64,000 nucleotides of DNA from contig URXV01000008.1 in the NCBI GenBank assembly GCA_900551865.1, positions 1,415-65,414 of the forward strand, given 5' to 3'. The stretch's first letter is position 1, and each line of letters begins with the position of its first letter. The DNA comes from an uncultured Rickettsiales bacterium (GTDB lineage Bacteria; Pseudomonadota; Alphaproteobacteria; RF32; CAG-239). The notes beneath the pieces are model-generated. The model searched no databases. It had not been told where the DNA came from and worked only from the letters and a program-made list of their open reading frames with translations. Below, piece by piece: positions 40,067 through 49,749 of the stretch. Made by a program: the position numbers and the translations under genes.

Positions 40067-40089
40067 AAGGGCTTGAAACCCAAGCCCTT
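40067..40089 (-). terminator. Rho-independent terminator after the aldolase gene
   Basis: aagggcttg / caagccctt stem. On the minus strand it is followed by ttttttg. Confidence 0.6.
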
Positions 40090-40110
40090 CGCTGTATTTA
40101 AAGCAGAAAA

Positions 40111-41157
40111 TTATTTCCCGTCAGCATATCTTTTTGCCATAGCCGACAACGGAACCGGTTTGATTTTATCGGCATTTCCCGCAGCGCCAAAGGCAACATA
40201 ACGGTCAATGCAGACTTTCTTCATTTCTTCGATTGCCGGTTTCAGATATTTGCGCGGGTCAAATTCTTTCGGATTTTCCGCAAACAGTCTTCTGATAGCG
40301 CCCGTAATGGCCATACGGCAGTCTGTATCGACGTTAACTTTGCGAACGCCGGATTTAATGCCGCGTACGATTTCTTCGACCGGAACGCCGAAAGTCTGCG
40401 GAATAGCGCCGCCATAAGCATTGATTAAATCTTGCAGTTCCTGCGGAACGGAAGAGGAACCGTGCATAACCATATGCGTATTCGGCAGTTTCGCATGGAT
40501 TTTTTCAATAACGTCAATTGCCAGAATATCTCCTGTCGGCTTGCGTGTAAACTTATATGCGCCGTGAGAAGTCCCGACAGCGACGGCCAAAGCATCAATG
40601 TTGGTTTCTGCTACAAATTTAGCCGCTTCGTCCGGATCCGTTACCAGACGTTTCTTATCAATAACACCTTCTGCGCCGTGTCCGTCTTCTTTATCCCCTT
40701 TGCCGGTTTCCAAAGAGCCGATAACGCCGAGTTCGCCTTCGACGGAAGCGCCGACGGCATGGGCGCGGGCAACGACTTCCTTGGTAACATGAACATTATA
40801 TTCAAAGGAAGAAGGAGTCTTGCCGTCAGCTTCCAACGAACCGTCCATCATAACCGAAGAATATCCGTTAACCAAAGCTGATTGGCAAATGTCGACAGAT
40901 GAACCATGATCCTGGTGCAAACAAATCGGCAATTCCGGATACATTTCAATTCCGGCCGCAATCATGTGGCGAATCATCGGGTCGCCGGCAAATTTTCTCG
41001 CCCCTGTAGACGTCTGGATAATAACCGGAGCGTTAACTTCTTTGGCCGCTTCCAAAACGGCGATAATTTGCTCCATGTCATTAATGTTGAATGCCGGAAC
41101 ACCGTAATTGTTTTCGGCAGCATGGTCTAGTATTTGACGCATAGAAACTAAAGGCAT
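40111..41157 (-). CDS. fba: Fructose-bisphosphate aldolase, class II
   Basis: PLVSMRQILDHAAENNYGVPAFNINDMEQ, LHQDHG, MMDGS, GTSHGAYKF and MHGSSSVPQE motifs of class II (zinc) FBP aldolases. Confidence 0.9.
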   Translation of the reverse strand: MPLVSMRQILDHAAENNYGVPAFNINDMEQIIAVLEAAKEVNAPVIIQTSTGARKFAGDPMIRHMIAAGIEMYPELPICLHQDHGSSVDICQSALVNGYSSVMMDGSLEADGKTPSSFEYNVHVTKEVVARAHAVGASVEGELGVIGSLETGKGDKEDGHGAEGVIDKKRLVTDPDEAAKFVAETNIDALAVAVGTSHGAYKFTRKPTGDILAIDVIEKIHAKLPNTHMVMHGSSSVPQELQDLINAYGGAIPQTFGVPVEEIVRGIKSGVRKVNVDTDCRMAITGAIRRLFAENPKEFDPRKYLKPAIEEMKKVCIDRYVAFGAAGNADKIKPVPLSAMAKRYADGK

Positions 41158-41299
41158 TATATTCTCCTTATTAAATATTAATTCTCATCAGTAAATATAT
41201 AAATTTGCCGTACATTTGCAAGCAATTTTTCATAAATTAAGCGGCCGGTGAATTTTTCCCGCCGGGTGATGGTCTTATCCCAAAAGGCGGGGATACAAA

Positions 41300-41331
41300 A
41301 AAGCAAAGAAAAAGCCCGGTCAATCGGGCTC
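41300..41331 (-). terminator. Terminator hairpin after the small 72-aa gene
   Basis: agcccg (41312-41317) / cgggct (41325-41330). On the minus strand it is followed by ttttctttgctttttt. Confidence 0.5.
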
Positions 41332-41360
41332 TTGCATATTTTGAAAACTGATTTTTATGT

Positions 41361-41579
41361 TTAAGCGACTTCTTTTTGCTTTTTAAACAGGATAACATTG
41401 TTAAGGTCGTGCTTTATCGCTTTATCGGAACAAATACCTGTCGCTAATGTTTTGTAATTGCTTATAACCAAACCGCGTACAGCTGCTTTGCTGACGCAGA
41501 TTCCGCCGGCAATCTTTTTGCCGCCGGCTTTGGCAAAAGCATTCCTCTTCGTCTCGTTGTTAATTGTTGCCTTAATCAT
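41361..41579 (-). CDS. Hypothetical small basic protein
   Basis: 72 aa from ATG 41579 (AGGA about 8 nt upstream): MIKATINNETKRNAFAKAGGKKIAGGICVSKAAVRGL...TGICSDKAIKHDL. Contains an internal GIC..KA repeat. No family recognised. Confidence 0.4.
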   Translation of the reverse strand: MIKATINNETKRNAFAKAGGKKIAGGICVSKAAVRGLVISNYKTLATGICSDKAIKHDLNNVILFKKQKEVA

Positions 41580-41881
41580 ATTTGTTTCCTTTCTTATTAT
41601 TGACATAATAAATGACACCTTTAATTATTTTTGTCAATACTTATTTTGCGCATCTTGCAAAAATAAAAAAATAACTTCCCACAACTATATATAGCGGCAA
41701 AAACTTAAATTAAAGTAAAGAAAGTTAAATATTTTTGTCTAAATAAGAACCATAGAAACATATCCGCATTTGAAATATCGGTGGCAGCGTCTGCATAAAT
41801 TGGAAAAGCGTTGACAGCATTATCTCTCTATAAGCGAAAATAAGGTACAAAAAAAGCCTGCTTTCACAGCAGGCCTTTAAC

Positions 41882-41969
41882 TGGCGGAGTGTACAGGACT
41901 CGAACCTGTGCATCCTTATTCGGGATGACGGATTAGCAATCCGCTGCATTACCTCTCTGCCAACACTCC
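41882..41969 (-). tRNA. tRNA-Ser (anticodon GCU)
   Basis: Manual fold of the reverse complement GGAGTGTTGGCAGAGAGGTAATGCAGCGGATTGCTAATCCGTCATCCCGAATAAGGATGCACAGGTTCGAGTCCTGTACACTCCGCCA. It has a 7-bp acceptor stem (GGAGTGT/ACACTCC), anticodon loop TTGCTAA, a long variable arm, a T arm ACAGG-TTCGAGT-CCTGT, and an encoded CCA. Confidence 0.9.
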
Positions 41970-42123
41970 GTAACTTGATTTTGTTTACATTATGTTTTTA
42001 TTCGCGTCAACATATTTTTTTCAGATTATGCATTTTATTAGATATGCACCGTTTTCATTTATTTACTGCATTTTAAACAAATTGCTATATAGTACAGCCA
42101 ATAAAAAGCTATGGAGAAAAAAT

Positions 42124-42555
42124 ATGAATCAGGAATATGAGTATATTGCAACCCTTAGTCCAGAAGAAAAAAAGATTTTCGTAGAGAGCTTTTGTTGTAT
42201 GGTCTGCTCAGATAAAAAGGTAGCGAAAGAAGAGATAGATTTTTTGAAAAATATCGGCAAAATGTATGAAATTCCCGAAAAAGACATTGTTGCCATCATG
42301 AAAAATCTGAATCGCGAAGAGGTTTTGGCAAAGGTCAGCACGATTACGGAACGTAAAAAAGCGTTGCAGCTGATAAAAGAATTATGTTATTTAGCAAATT
42401 CTGACAGAGGTCTGGATGATGAGGAAATAGATTTCATCATTGATATGGCCGAACGCCTGAATGTCGAAAATGAGAAAATAAAACAAATTAACAAATGGGT
42501 ATTAGACAAGATTGTCCTTCTTAAAACGGGGGATATCATACTCGAAAACGAGTAA
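42124..42555 (+). CDS. TerB-like / DjlA-N-terminal-like domain protein
   Basis: Two repeats of the TerB-type pattern (FCCMVCSDKKVAKEEIDFLKNIGKMYEI and LCYLANSDRGLDDEEIDFIIDMAERLNV). Start set at ATG 42124 (MNQEYEY...). Confidence 0.55.
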   Translation: MNQEYEYIATLSPEEKKIFVESFCCMVCSDKKVAKEEIDFLKNIGKMYEIPEKDIVAIMKNLNREEVLAKVSTITERKKALQLIKELCYLANSDRGLDDEEIDFIIDMAERLNVENEKIKQINKWVLDKIVLLKTGDIILENE

Positions 42556-42593
42556 ATTCTCGAAAACGGGTAATATTATTTTGTAACATATCA

Positions 42594-42629
42594 ACGCCGG
42601 CCCCTGCCTTATAGCCGGCGTATTTTTTT
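42594..42629 (+). terminator. Rho-independent terminator after the TerB-like gene
   Basis: acgccggc / gccggcgt 8-bp GC-rich stem followed by attttttt. Confidence 0.7.
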
Positions 42630-42817
42630 GCTGCGTCGAAATCTTTTTGCAGCGGAAGCCGTATTCAGAATAAATTGGTGCCGTCTGTCCCAATTTATTG
42701 CCGTTTGTTCCCAATATCTCCCCGCTGGATACAGATTGCCGTTTTTCGCAAATTTTCTTTGCAAAAGCGGGATGTTTGTGTTATAGTATAAAAAATAATG
42801 CAGCAGAGGGCAAATCA

Positions 42818-43777
42818 ATGGGTGAGAATATCAGTCATGCGGAGCTTTTTCGGATTATAAACCGTGCTGTTGCCGGCTGTGCAAATCATAAAAATATTCC
42901 TGTAAATACTGAAATTTCCATTTTCCGTGAACGTTATGCCTATCGTCTGGGACAAAACCGGCAGCTGGATATTTTTGAAGCAACGCTTCCTCAAAATAAA
43001 GAATTGGCAGATGCCGTAGATTTCTGTGATAACCTTGAAGCCTATAGGCAGGCAACGGATATTGATGCCAAAGAGAACGATGAACTTGAAGAATGGCAAT
43101 GCCGCCGCATATACAAGGGGATAGAGCGGTATCGCCGGCATATTTCACCCGAAAACCTTGCAATGTTAAACATCTTGGAATACAACATCAAACGCCGCCT
43201 TCCGGAATATCGGGAATTGCTGCTGCTTGAAGAATACAATCGGGAAGCATGCCGCATACATGATCTTAAATTGGGGTATAACCGTCGCCGTCGTCAAAAC
43301 CAAAGTGCCTCAAAAGACTATGAATGGGCAGCTTTCGGTTTCTTCAAAGAGGTCTTGCACGATGAAAATCTGAAAAAAATTAAAGGCTGTCCGGAAAAGC
43401 TGGCACTGTATATGAACAGTTTAAGAATAGTTGACTGCCTGCCTGCCGAAAAATATAATCGTACTGCCAAGTTTAAATTAAAATATGATTTAAATTATGC
43501 CGTAAAAATAACGGCTGAAACGCTAAGCCGAGCCGAGTCGGATTCCCAACAAGCCCAAATGTATACAGAATTGGCTCAAAAAGCCGGATATGAGCAAAAG
43601 CGTTATTTAACGGCAATAGAACGCATAAATTTCTTTAAAGAAAATAAAGGCGCACACGATTCGTCTGTTGCGGGAGGAACTTCCTCTCCTGCCGGAAATA
43701 AAAACTTTAGGGGGAAACAGGAGATGTCCGTAGCTGCAAGAAATAAACGGGCATATGAGGAATGGCTTTATCGGTAA
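42818..43777 (+). CDS. Hypothetical helical protein
   Basis: About 320 aa from ATG 42818 (MGENISHAELF...). Charged and helical, with no signal peptide or motif recognised. The track ORF extends upstream to 42698. Confidence 0.5.
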   Translation: MGENISHAELFRIINRAVAGCANHKNIPVNTEISIFRERYAYRLGQNRQLDIFEATLPQNKELADAVDFCDNLEAYRQATDIDAKENDELEEWQCRRIYKGIERYRRHISPENLAMLNILEYNIKRRLPEYRELLLLEEYNREACRIHDLKLGYNRRRRQNQSASKDYEWAAFGFFKEVLHDENLKKIKGCPEKLALYMNSLRIVDCLPAEKYNRTAKFKLKYDLNYAVKITAETLSRAESDSQQAQMYTELAQKAGYEQKRYLTAIERINFFKENKGAHDSSVAGGTSSPAGNKNFRGKQEMSVAARNKRAYEEWLYR

Positions 43778-43877
43778 ACCTGCCGGATATTGCTGATGTT
43801 GCAGCCTAAATGTTGCACCTAAAACATTTTTTTATTAAAAGCTTGTTTGCCATAGATTTGAGTATCGATAACAAAAA

Positions 43878-43907
43878 AAGAGTTCCAAGCATATGCTCGG
43901 AACTCTT
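43878..43907. terminator. Bidirectional terminator hairpin between convergent genes
   Basis: aagagttcc / ggaactctt stem, flanked by an A tract upstream and a T-rich tract downstream. Confidence 0.55.
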
Positions 43908-43923
43908 CTTAATTTTGATGCGG

Positions 43924-44823
43924 TTAGCGAAGAACTGCGTTTCCTTCTTCCAGCCACTCCTCCTCATTGTACTCTACCCAGTAGTCGTACTCTGAGTTCA
44001 TCTTCTCGGTCAGACCGAAGTCTTCGCAAGAAAATTTCACGGTGCAAATGATAGGGTAGCGGAGATATTCCTTTTCCCCTTCCTTTGCTGAAACTCCGCT
44101 TTGGGTGTTATCACCATTGTCCCAAGGACGATCCAGCCAAAGGCCGGTTTCACTATCATAACGATAGCTGTTGTCCTTGTGATGTTTAATGGAAAAACCA
44201 TTAAACTTCATGGTGATATTCACCGGATCCATCTGGATTTCTCCCAGATGTTCGTCGGTGAAATATCCGGCGAAAGAGTTGCAGCTTCCCGTTGGATCAA
44301 ATGCATCTTCGGAATTGCTCTCGGAGATGATGTTGAAGTGGAATTCACCGGATGTACGAGTGATTGTCCATCCGCCTTCAACGACTGTAGAGTCGTTAGA
44401 AATTTCATACGAATTGCGTTTCAGCTGTTTCGTATGGTTTGTGAACTCTTTCTGATAGAGTTTATATCCCTTGGACATAGCCAAAGAAATATTTCTCCAT
44501 TCAGCGGGCATCACCTCGCTGAAGTTGTAAGTCCGAACAGAATCTTTGTAATGGGTTTGCCCCATATATTCTGCTTCGTACTTGTCATTGATAACCAAGT
44601 GGAAATCAACGATACCGTCTTCAGAGAGTGTAGTCTTCTTTTCTACAATTGTAGAAAACGAAAACTTCCAGTCAATGAACTCCTCGTCCTCATCCGGGAT
44701 TTCCGGTTTTTCCGCAGGAGTTTCCGGCATGGAAGCCGTTAATAAACTTTCCTCACCAGAACATGCTGACAAGAAAACGACACTTAATAAAACTGCGACA
44801 AAGAAGAATAAATTTTTCTTCAT
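43924..44823 (-). CDS. Hypothetical lipoprotein
   Basis: Lipobox VFLSAC after MKKNLFFFVAVLLSV. Acidic linker (PEIPDEDEEF), then a beta-rich domain. No family recognised. Confidence 0.6.
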   Translation of the reverse strand: MKKNLFFFVAVLLSVVFLSACSGEESLLTASMPETPAEKPEIPDEDEEFIDWKFSFSTIVEKKTTLSEDGIVDFHLVINDKYEAEYMGQTHYKDSVRTYNFSEVMPAEWRNISLAMSKGYKLYQKEFTNHTKQLKRNSYEISNDSTVVEGGWTITRTSGEFHFNIISESNSEDAFDPTGSCNSFAGYFTDEHLGEIQMDPVNITMKFNGFSIKHHKDNSYRYDSETGLWLDRPWDNGDNTQSGVSAKEGEKEYLRYPIICTVKFSCEDFGLTEKMNSEYDYWVEYNEEEWLEEGNAVLR

Positions 44824-45260
44824 AATGCCACGCCATCCTCAAACTGTTTCCAGTTATCTACTATGACGTTATAATTTGAATAGCATCTGACTATTGGGGG
44901 CAATTTCAATAGAATTTTTCAATCGGTTAACCTGAGGTACTGTGCTTCGCTCGCGGTGGCTCTTGTCGTATGGCTCTTCGATTAAAATATCTCTTCATTG
45001 CTTTCCGGTACTTCCAGATGCGTCTGTTAATAATCATTTTAAAAAGTGAACTAAAGCCGCATCAAGTTTATAATAATAAAAAATAAAACTTAGAAACAGA
45101 ATAATTCACTTTAGGATTTTAATATACCATATTTTTAACCTTTCGTCAAGCCTTTGCCGATTCGTTTTTTGGCATTTTCTGCTAAAAAAAGCAAAAAAAT
45201 ACATTTTTTTTATTCTTTCTGTATTTTTTTTCCGGAGGCCTGATTTGTTTCCTGAACCAT

Positions 45261-45293
45261 AAAAAAACGCCCGGAACCGTAAAATTCCGGGCG
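45261..45293 (-). terminator. Rho-independent terminator after glgP
   Basis: cgcccggaa (45268-45276) / ttccgggcg (45285-45293). On the minus strand it is followed by ttttttt (45261-45267). Confidence 0.7.
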
Positions 45294-45312
45294 GGTGGAT
45301 TCAGAAGCCTTT

Positions 45313-47835
45313 TTATGCGGATTTTGCTTCCTGTTCAGGTTCAAAAGCATCATCAGAATCAACGCTTTTAACGTGCCATATCTTGTCGGCGTATTCGGCA
45401 ACAGCTCTGTCGCTTGAAAAATAACCGACTTTTGCAACGTTATAAATGGCTTTTTTCGCCCATTCATCCTGCTTAAGATACGCTTTTTCTGCCTCTTTCA
45501 TGGCATTGTTGAATGCTTCCAAATCAGCCAAAACAAAGAAATAATCGCGGTTCAGCAATTCGTCAAAAATAGGCTTAAACAGCGACGGCGCGTCTTTTTC
45601 GCAGAAGAGGTTTGAGTTAATTGCATTCAAAATGCGCTTGATATACTCAGACTCTTCATAAATTTTGCGCGGATTATATGTCGGGCGCATTTCCTGAATT
45701 TCATGCTCCCGCAGGCCGAACAGGAAGAAATTGTCTTCGCCGACGGCTTCGCGGATTTCAATATTCGCACCGTCGTATGTTCCGACCGTCAAAGCGCCGT
45801 TTAAGGCAAATTTCATATTGCCCGTGCCGGAAGCTTCAAAACCGGCCGTTGAAATCTGCAGGCTGACGTCTGCCGCCGGAATAAGAACTTCCGCAACGGA
45901 AACCTTATAGTCCGGGATAAAGACGACTTTCAGCGAGTCGCCGACCTTTGCATCATTATTGACGACTTGAGCCACATTATTTATCAGTTTGATGATAAGC
46001 TTGGCAAAAGTATAGGACGGTGCCGCTTTTCCCGCAAAAATGTATGTCTTGGGGCAAATCGGCCGTACGTTATCGCGCACAATCGCCAGATAATCGCCGA
46101 TAACCTGCAAAATAGCCATCAACTGCCGTTTGTATTCATGAATACGCTTGGCCTGCACCACAAACATGCTGTTTGTCGTAACGGCAACGTTCGTACGTTT
46201 GAAGATCTCATGGCGCAGCAGCTCTTTGTTGGTTTTCTTAATTTTCATAAAACGCTTAACAAAATCTGCATCGTCCGCAAAATCGGCAATTTTACTCAGC
46301 AGTTCCAAATGGGAAATCCAGTCTTTGCCGATTTTGTCGGAGATAAGAGTCGCCAAATTCGTATTAGCATGCAAAAGCCAGCGTCTCGGCGTGATGCCGT
46401 TGGTAATATTGGTGAATTTTTCCGGCCAGAGTTCATAAAATTCCGGTACCAGCGAGGTCTTAATCAGCTCGGAGTGGATTTTGGCAACGCCGTTGACCGA
46501 GAAGGACCCGACGATAGACAGGTTTGCCATACGGATAATCTGTGCATCGCCTTCGCCGGAAACAATGGAAACTTTAGCCAGTTTTTCGCTCGTTTCGCCG
46601 AATTTTGTTTTCGCAAATTCAATAAATCTGCGGTTTATTTCATAAATAATCTGCAAATGGCGCGGCAGCATATGCTGGAAATACTTGACCGGCCAGGTTT
46701 CCAGCGCTTCTGGAAGCAGGGTGTGGTTCGTATAGGCAAAGACTTTGGTTACAATGTTCCAGGCCGATTCCCAGTCTTGTCCGTAAACGTCGACCAGCAA
46801 ACGCATCATTTCCACAATGGCAAGCGCCGGGTGGGTGTCGTTCAGCTGAATACATACCGAGTCGGGAAGCTTGTCAAAGTCGTTGCTCTTTTCCAAAAAT
46901 CTTCTGAAAATATCCTGAACAGCGCAGGAAACAAAGAAATATTGCTGTGAAAGCCGGAGCGCTTTGCCCGATTCGATTGCATCAGACGGATAAAGTACTT
47001 TTGAAATGGCTTCAGTTTTGATTTTGTCTTCCACCGCTTCAATGTAGCCGCCGTTATTAAAGATATCAATGTCAAATTCGTCGTCGGTTTTTGCTGAAAA
47101 AAGCCGTAAATAATTAACCGATTTGCCGTCGTATCCGACTATCGGGAAATCATACGGAACGCCGTACAGCGTATGCGTATTGGCCCAAACGTAAGTGTCT
47201 TTGCCGCTGGCGTCTTTGTAGGTTTCAACATTGCCGAACATCGGAATGGTTACCTGTCTGTCTGGGCGAGCCAGTTCCCAGGGAGAAAAGTCGGAAAACC
47301 AGTCGTCGGCCTGTTCCACTTGCCAGCCGTTTTCAAATTTTTGCTTAAACAACCCGAACTGATAATTAATCCCATAGCCAAATCCCGGAAGGCCGAGCGA
47401 CGCCATCGAGTCCAAATAACAGGCAGCCAGCCTGCCCAATCCGCCGTTACCCAAAGCCGGATCATATTCGGTGTCAAAAATCTCTTCCATGGAAATATCC
47501 GGAAAACCGTCAATTTTGATGTCTTTTAACAAGTCATAAAGACCGAGGTTATGCAGGTTGTTTTCCAACGAACGGCCGATAAGGTATTCAATGGAGAGGT
47601 AATACACTCTTTTGGCCGACTTTTCATTATAGCGGGCCATTGTGTTGTACATTTCATCCATGGCAAATTCCCGAACCGCCAGAGAAATGGCGTACAAAGC
47701 CTCTTCTTTGGTAACTTCGCAGGTTCTTTTGCCGATAAAATATTTGATATAATGCTCAATAGAAAGCTTCAGCCGTGCTTTTTTCATTTCATCGCTGATT
47801 TCTAATTTACCTTTTTTCAATACACAATCTCCCAA
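45313..47835 (-). CDS. glgP: Glycogen/maltodextrin phosphorylase
   Basis: 840 aa. PLP-lysine region EASGTGNMKFALNGALTVGTYDGANIEI, plus YLSIEYLIGR, GNGGLGRLAAC and RIHEYKRQ blocks. The start is ambiguous (M1 versus M17). Confidence 0.95.
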   Translation of the reverse strand: MGDCVLKKGKLEISDEMKKARLKLSIEHYIKYFIGKRTCEVTKEEALYAISLAVREFAMDEMYNTMARYNEKSAKRVYYLSIEYLIGRSLENNLHNLGLYDLLKDIKIDGFPDISMEEIFDTEYDPALGNGGLGRLAACYLDSMASLGLPGFGYGINYQFGLFKQKFENGWQVEQADDWFSDFSPWELARPDRQVTIPMFGNVETYKDASGKDTYVWANTHTLYGVPYDFPIVGYDGKSVNYLRLFSAKTDDEFDIDIFNNGGYIEAVEDKIKTEAISKVLYPSDAIESGKALRLSQQYFFVSCAVQDIFRRFLEKSNDFDKLPDSVCIQLNDTHPALAIVEMMRLLVDVYGQDWESAWNIVTKVFAYTNHTLLPEALETWPVKYFQHMLPRHLQIIYEINRRFIEFAKTKFGETSEKLAKVSIVSGEGDAQIIRMANLSIVGSFSVNGVAKIHSELIKTSLVPEFYELWPEKFTNITNGITPRRWLLHANTNLATLISDKIGKDWISHLELLSKIADFADDADFVKRFMKIKKTNKELLRHEIFKRTNVAVTTNSMFVVQAKRIHEYKRQLMAILQVIGDYLAIVRDNVRPICPKTYIFAGKAAPSYTFAKLIIKLINNVAQVVNNDAKVGDSLKVVFIPDYKVSVAEVLIPAADVSLQISTAGFEASGTGNMKFALNGALTVGTYDGANIEIREAVGEDNFFLFGLREHEIQEMRPTYNPRKIYEESEYIKRILNAINSNLFCEKDAPSLFKPIFDELLNRDYFFVLADLEAFNNAMKEAEKAYLKQDEWAKKAIYNVAKVGYFSSDRAVAEYADKIWHVKSVDSDDAFEPEQEAKSA

Positions 47836-48006
47836 ATAAACATACTTTACTATTCACAAAACTATAGTGAAATAGTTTGAATTTTCGTTAATAATATAAG
47901 ATTATTTTATAAAATAAAAACCGGGATTGGCGTTTTTTTAACAATTATGTGCTAAAGAGAAAACGAACGAATCTTTTTTGATATGGATAAAAAGGAAAAC
48001 TTAACG

Positions 48007-49383
48007 ATGAAAAAGCTTAGTCTTCTTGCGCTGGTTCTTACTGTTTCAACCGCGCTTTCTGCAAATGCGGATACACTGGAAACAGCCTTGGCCAAAGCGT
48101 ACGAATATAATCCTGCGCTTAAAGCCGCCCGCGCTGCAACGGGAGCCGTTGATGAAAACGTAGCGATTGCAAAATCAGGATATCGCCCGACATTGACCGT
48201 AGAAGGCGGATATTCAGATTCGAAAATAAATACAAATAGTACGGTCAACGGAGTTGCGCAGCGTCCGGTAGACGGTTATGAAAGAACCTTGGCCGCAAAG
48301 GTGTCGCAGCCGATTTTCAGCGGTTTTAAAACCGTCAATTCCGTCAGTTCTGCCAAAAGTTCTGTAAAAGCGGCGCAGGCTAGTCTTTTGGCAACCGAGC
48401 AGGATATTTTGCTCAATGCGGCAACTGCGTATCTGAACGTAATGCGCGACGAGGCGATTGTAAAACTGCAAAAAAATAACGAAAAACTTTTGAAAAAAGA
48501 GTTGGATGAAACTCGCGAACGTTTCAAGGTTGGTGAAGTTACCACAACCGACGTATCTCAAGCTGAGGCAAGTTACGCGTCCGCCCAATCCCAGCGCATT
48601 TCGGCGGAAGGCGATTTGGAAGCGTCAAAAGCCGTTTACAAACAGATAATCGGCGAAGAGCCAAAAGGAACGGAAGATCCTAAAGCAATTGAAAGAATGT
48701 TTCCGAAAAGTATGGATGAAGCGCTGAATTATGCCAGAATTCACAATTATGACCTGAATGCGGCCAAACATAACCTGAAAGCAAAAAAATATGATGTCAA
48801 AACCAATCAGGGGGATTTGCTGCCGTCTGTAAATGCTTATGCAATGGCCGGACGCATCAAAACTCAGGATTATCAATACGATAAAAATCCGACTAACAAT
48901 TCGGTTGAGCTTGGCGTAAATTTCTCGATTCCGCTCTATAATGCGGGTTCCAGCCGGGCGAAAATCCGCCAGAGCAAGTATTATCGCTGGCAGGCTCAGG
49001 AAGACCTGCTGAATACACAGGACGCCCTGTATTCCGATATTACCAGCTATTGGGAATATTTGAGTGCGAATAAAGCCAAAATTAAATCTGTAAAAGCACA
49101 GATTAAGGCGTATCAGGTTGCCTTGAACGGCGTACGGGAAGAGGAAGCCCTAGGCAATCGTACTGTTCTTGATGTATTGAACCAATATCAGTACCTGTTA
49201 AACTCTGAAGTGGAAGAGGTTACAACCCGGCATGACTATTATGTTTCCGGTTTGGGCTTGCTGCAGGCCATGGGCAAGTTGACGGCTAAAGACCTGAATT
49301 TAAAAGTTGATTTATATGACGCTGATGCTAAATATGAAGAAACATCGGGGAAGTGGCTTTCCACCAGCATAAATAAAGAATAA
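48007..49383 (+). CDS. tolC: TolC-family outer membrane channel
   Basis: Signal peptide MKKLSLLALVLTVSTALSANA, two OEP repeats, and N-terminal LETALAKAYEYNPALKAARA typical of the TolC family. Start moved to ATG 48007. Confidence 0.85.
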   Translation: MKKLSLLALVLTVSTALSANADTLETALAKAYEYNPALKAARAATGAVDENVAIAKSGYRPTLTVEGGYSDSKINTNSTVNGVAQRPVDGYERTLAAKVSQPIFSGFKTVNSVSSAKSSVKAAQASLLATEQDILLNAATAYLNVMRDEAIVKLQKNNEKLLKKELDETRERFKVGEVTTTDVSQAEASYASAQSQRISAEGDLEASKAVYKQIIGEEPKGTEDPKAIERMFPKSMDEALNYARIHNYDLNAAKHNLKAKKYDVKTNQGDLLPSVNAYAMAGRIKTQDYQYDKNPTNNSVELGVNFSIPLYNAGSSRAKIRQSKYYRWQAQEDLLNTQDALYSDITSYWEYLSANKAKIKSVKAQIKAYQVALNGVREEEALGNRTVLDVLNQYQYLLNSEVEEVTTRHDYYVSGLGLLQAMGKLTAKDLNLKVDLYDADAKYEETSGKWLSTSINKE

Positions 49384-49394
49384 CGGAGAAATAA

Positions 49395-49625
49395 ATGTCA
49401 GAACGCGAAGATATTGACGATGCAACGGCAACGCTTCGCCAGAGCGTTATTGAAGCAAAAAGCAACAAGCACTGCCTGCGGGATTTCAGCGGGGAGGTTT
49501 TTGAACTGACGCCGGATATGCTTGTCAGCGAAAACAGTTTTAATCCGGAAGAAAAATCTGAATTAGCTGGAGTCGCAGAATGTATTTTGCATAAATACGC
49601 AAAATTGCTTTCTATTGCAAAGTAA
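49395..49625 (+). CDS. Hypothetical small acidic protein
   Basis: 76 aa, 11 nt after the tolC stop and followed by a terminator. No motif recognised. Confidence 0.4.
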   Translation: MSEREDIDDATATLRQSVIEAKSNKHCLRDFSGEVFELTPDMLVSENSFNPEEKSELAGVAECILHKYAKLLSIAK

Positions 49626-49651
49626 GAACAGTCCTGTTGAAGCGAATTGTT

Positions 49652-49690
49652 AAAAGCAGGTGCGACCGCACCTGCTTTTATTTATGTTTT
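49652..49690 (+). terminator. Rho-independent terminator after the tolC / small-ORF unit
   Basis: aaaagcaggt / acctgctttt stem with a gcgaccgc loop, followed by a T-rich tract. Confidence 0.65.
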
Positions 49691-49749
49691 CAAATTCGCC
49701 GTTGCGTTTCAGGCAAGAAAATATGGCGGCATAAAAATATGGCAATATA

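Noticed and set aside
41882-45312. Integrated mobile element at tRNA-Ser
   Set aside because: No integrase or recombinase ORF and no recognisable repeat of the tRNA 3' end are present. It is downgraded to a low-interest 'possible remnant' finding rather than a mobile_element feature.
45967-46950. 327-aa plus-strand ORF
   Set aside because: It is a shadow ORF inside glgP, whose minus-strand product has an unmistakable phosphorylase signature.
49395-49625. Small ORF after tolC as a DUF2497/PopZ-like protein
   Set aside because: The position downstream of tolC recalls alphaproteobacterial synteny, but the 76-aa sequence does not show the conserved C-terminal DUF2497 pattern I remember. It is left as hypothetical.
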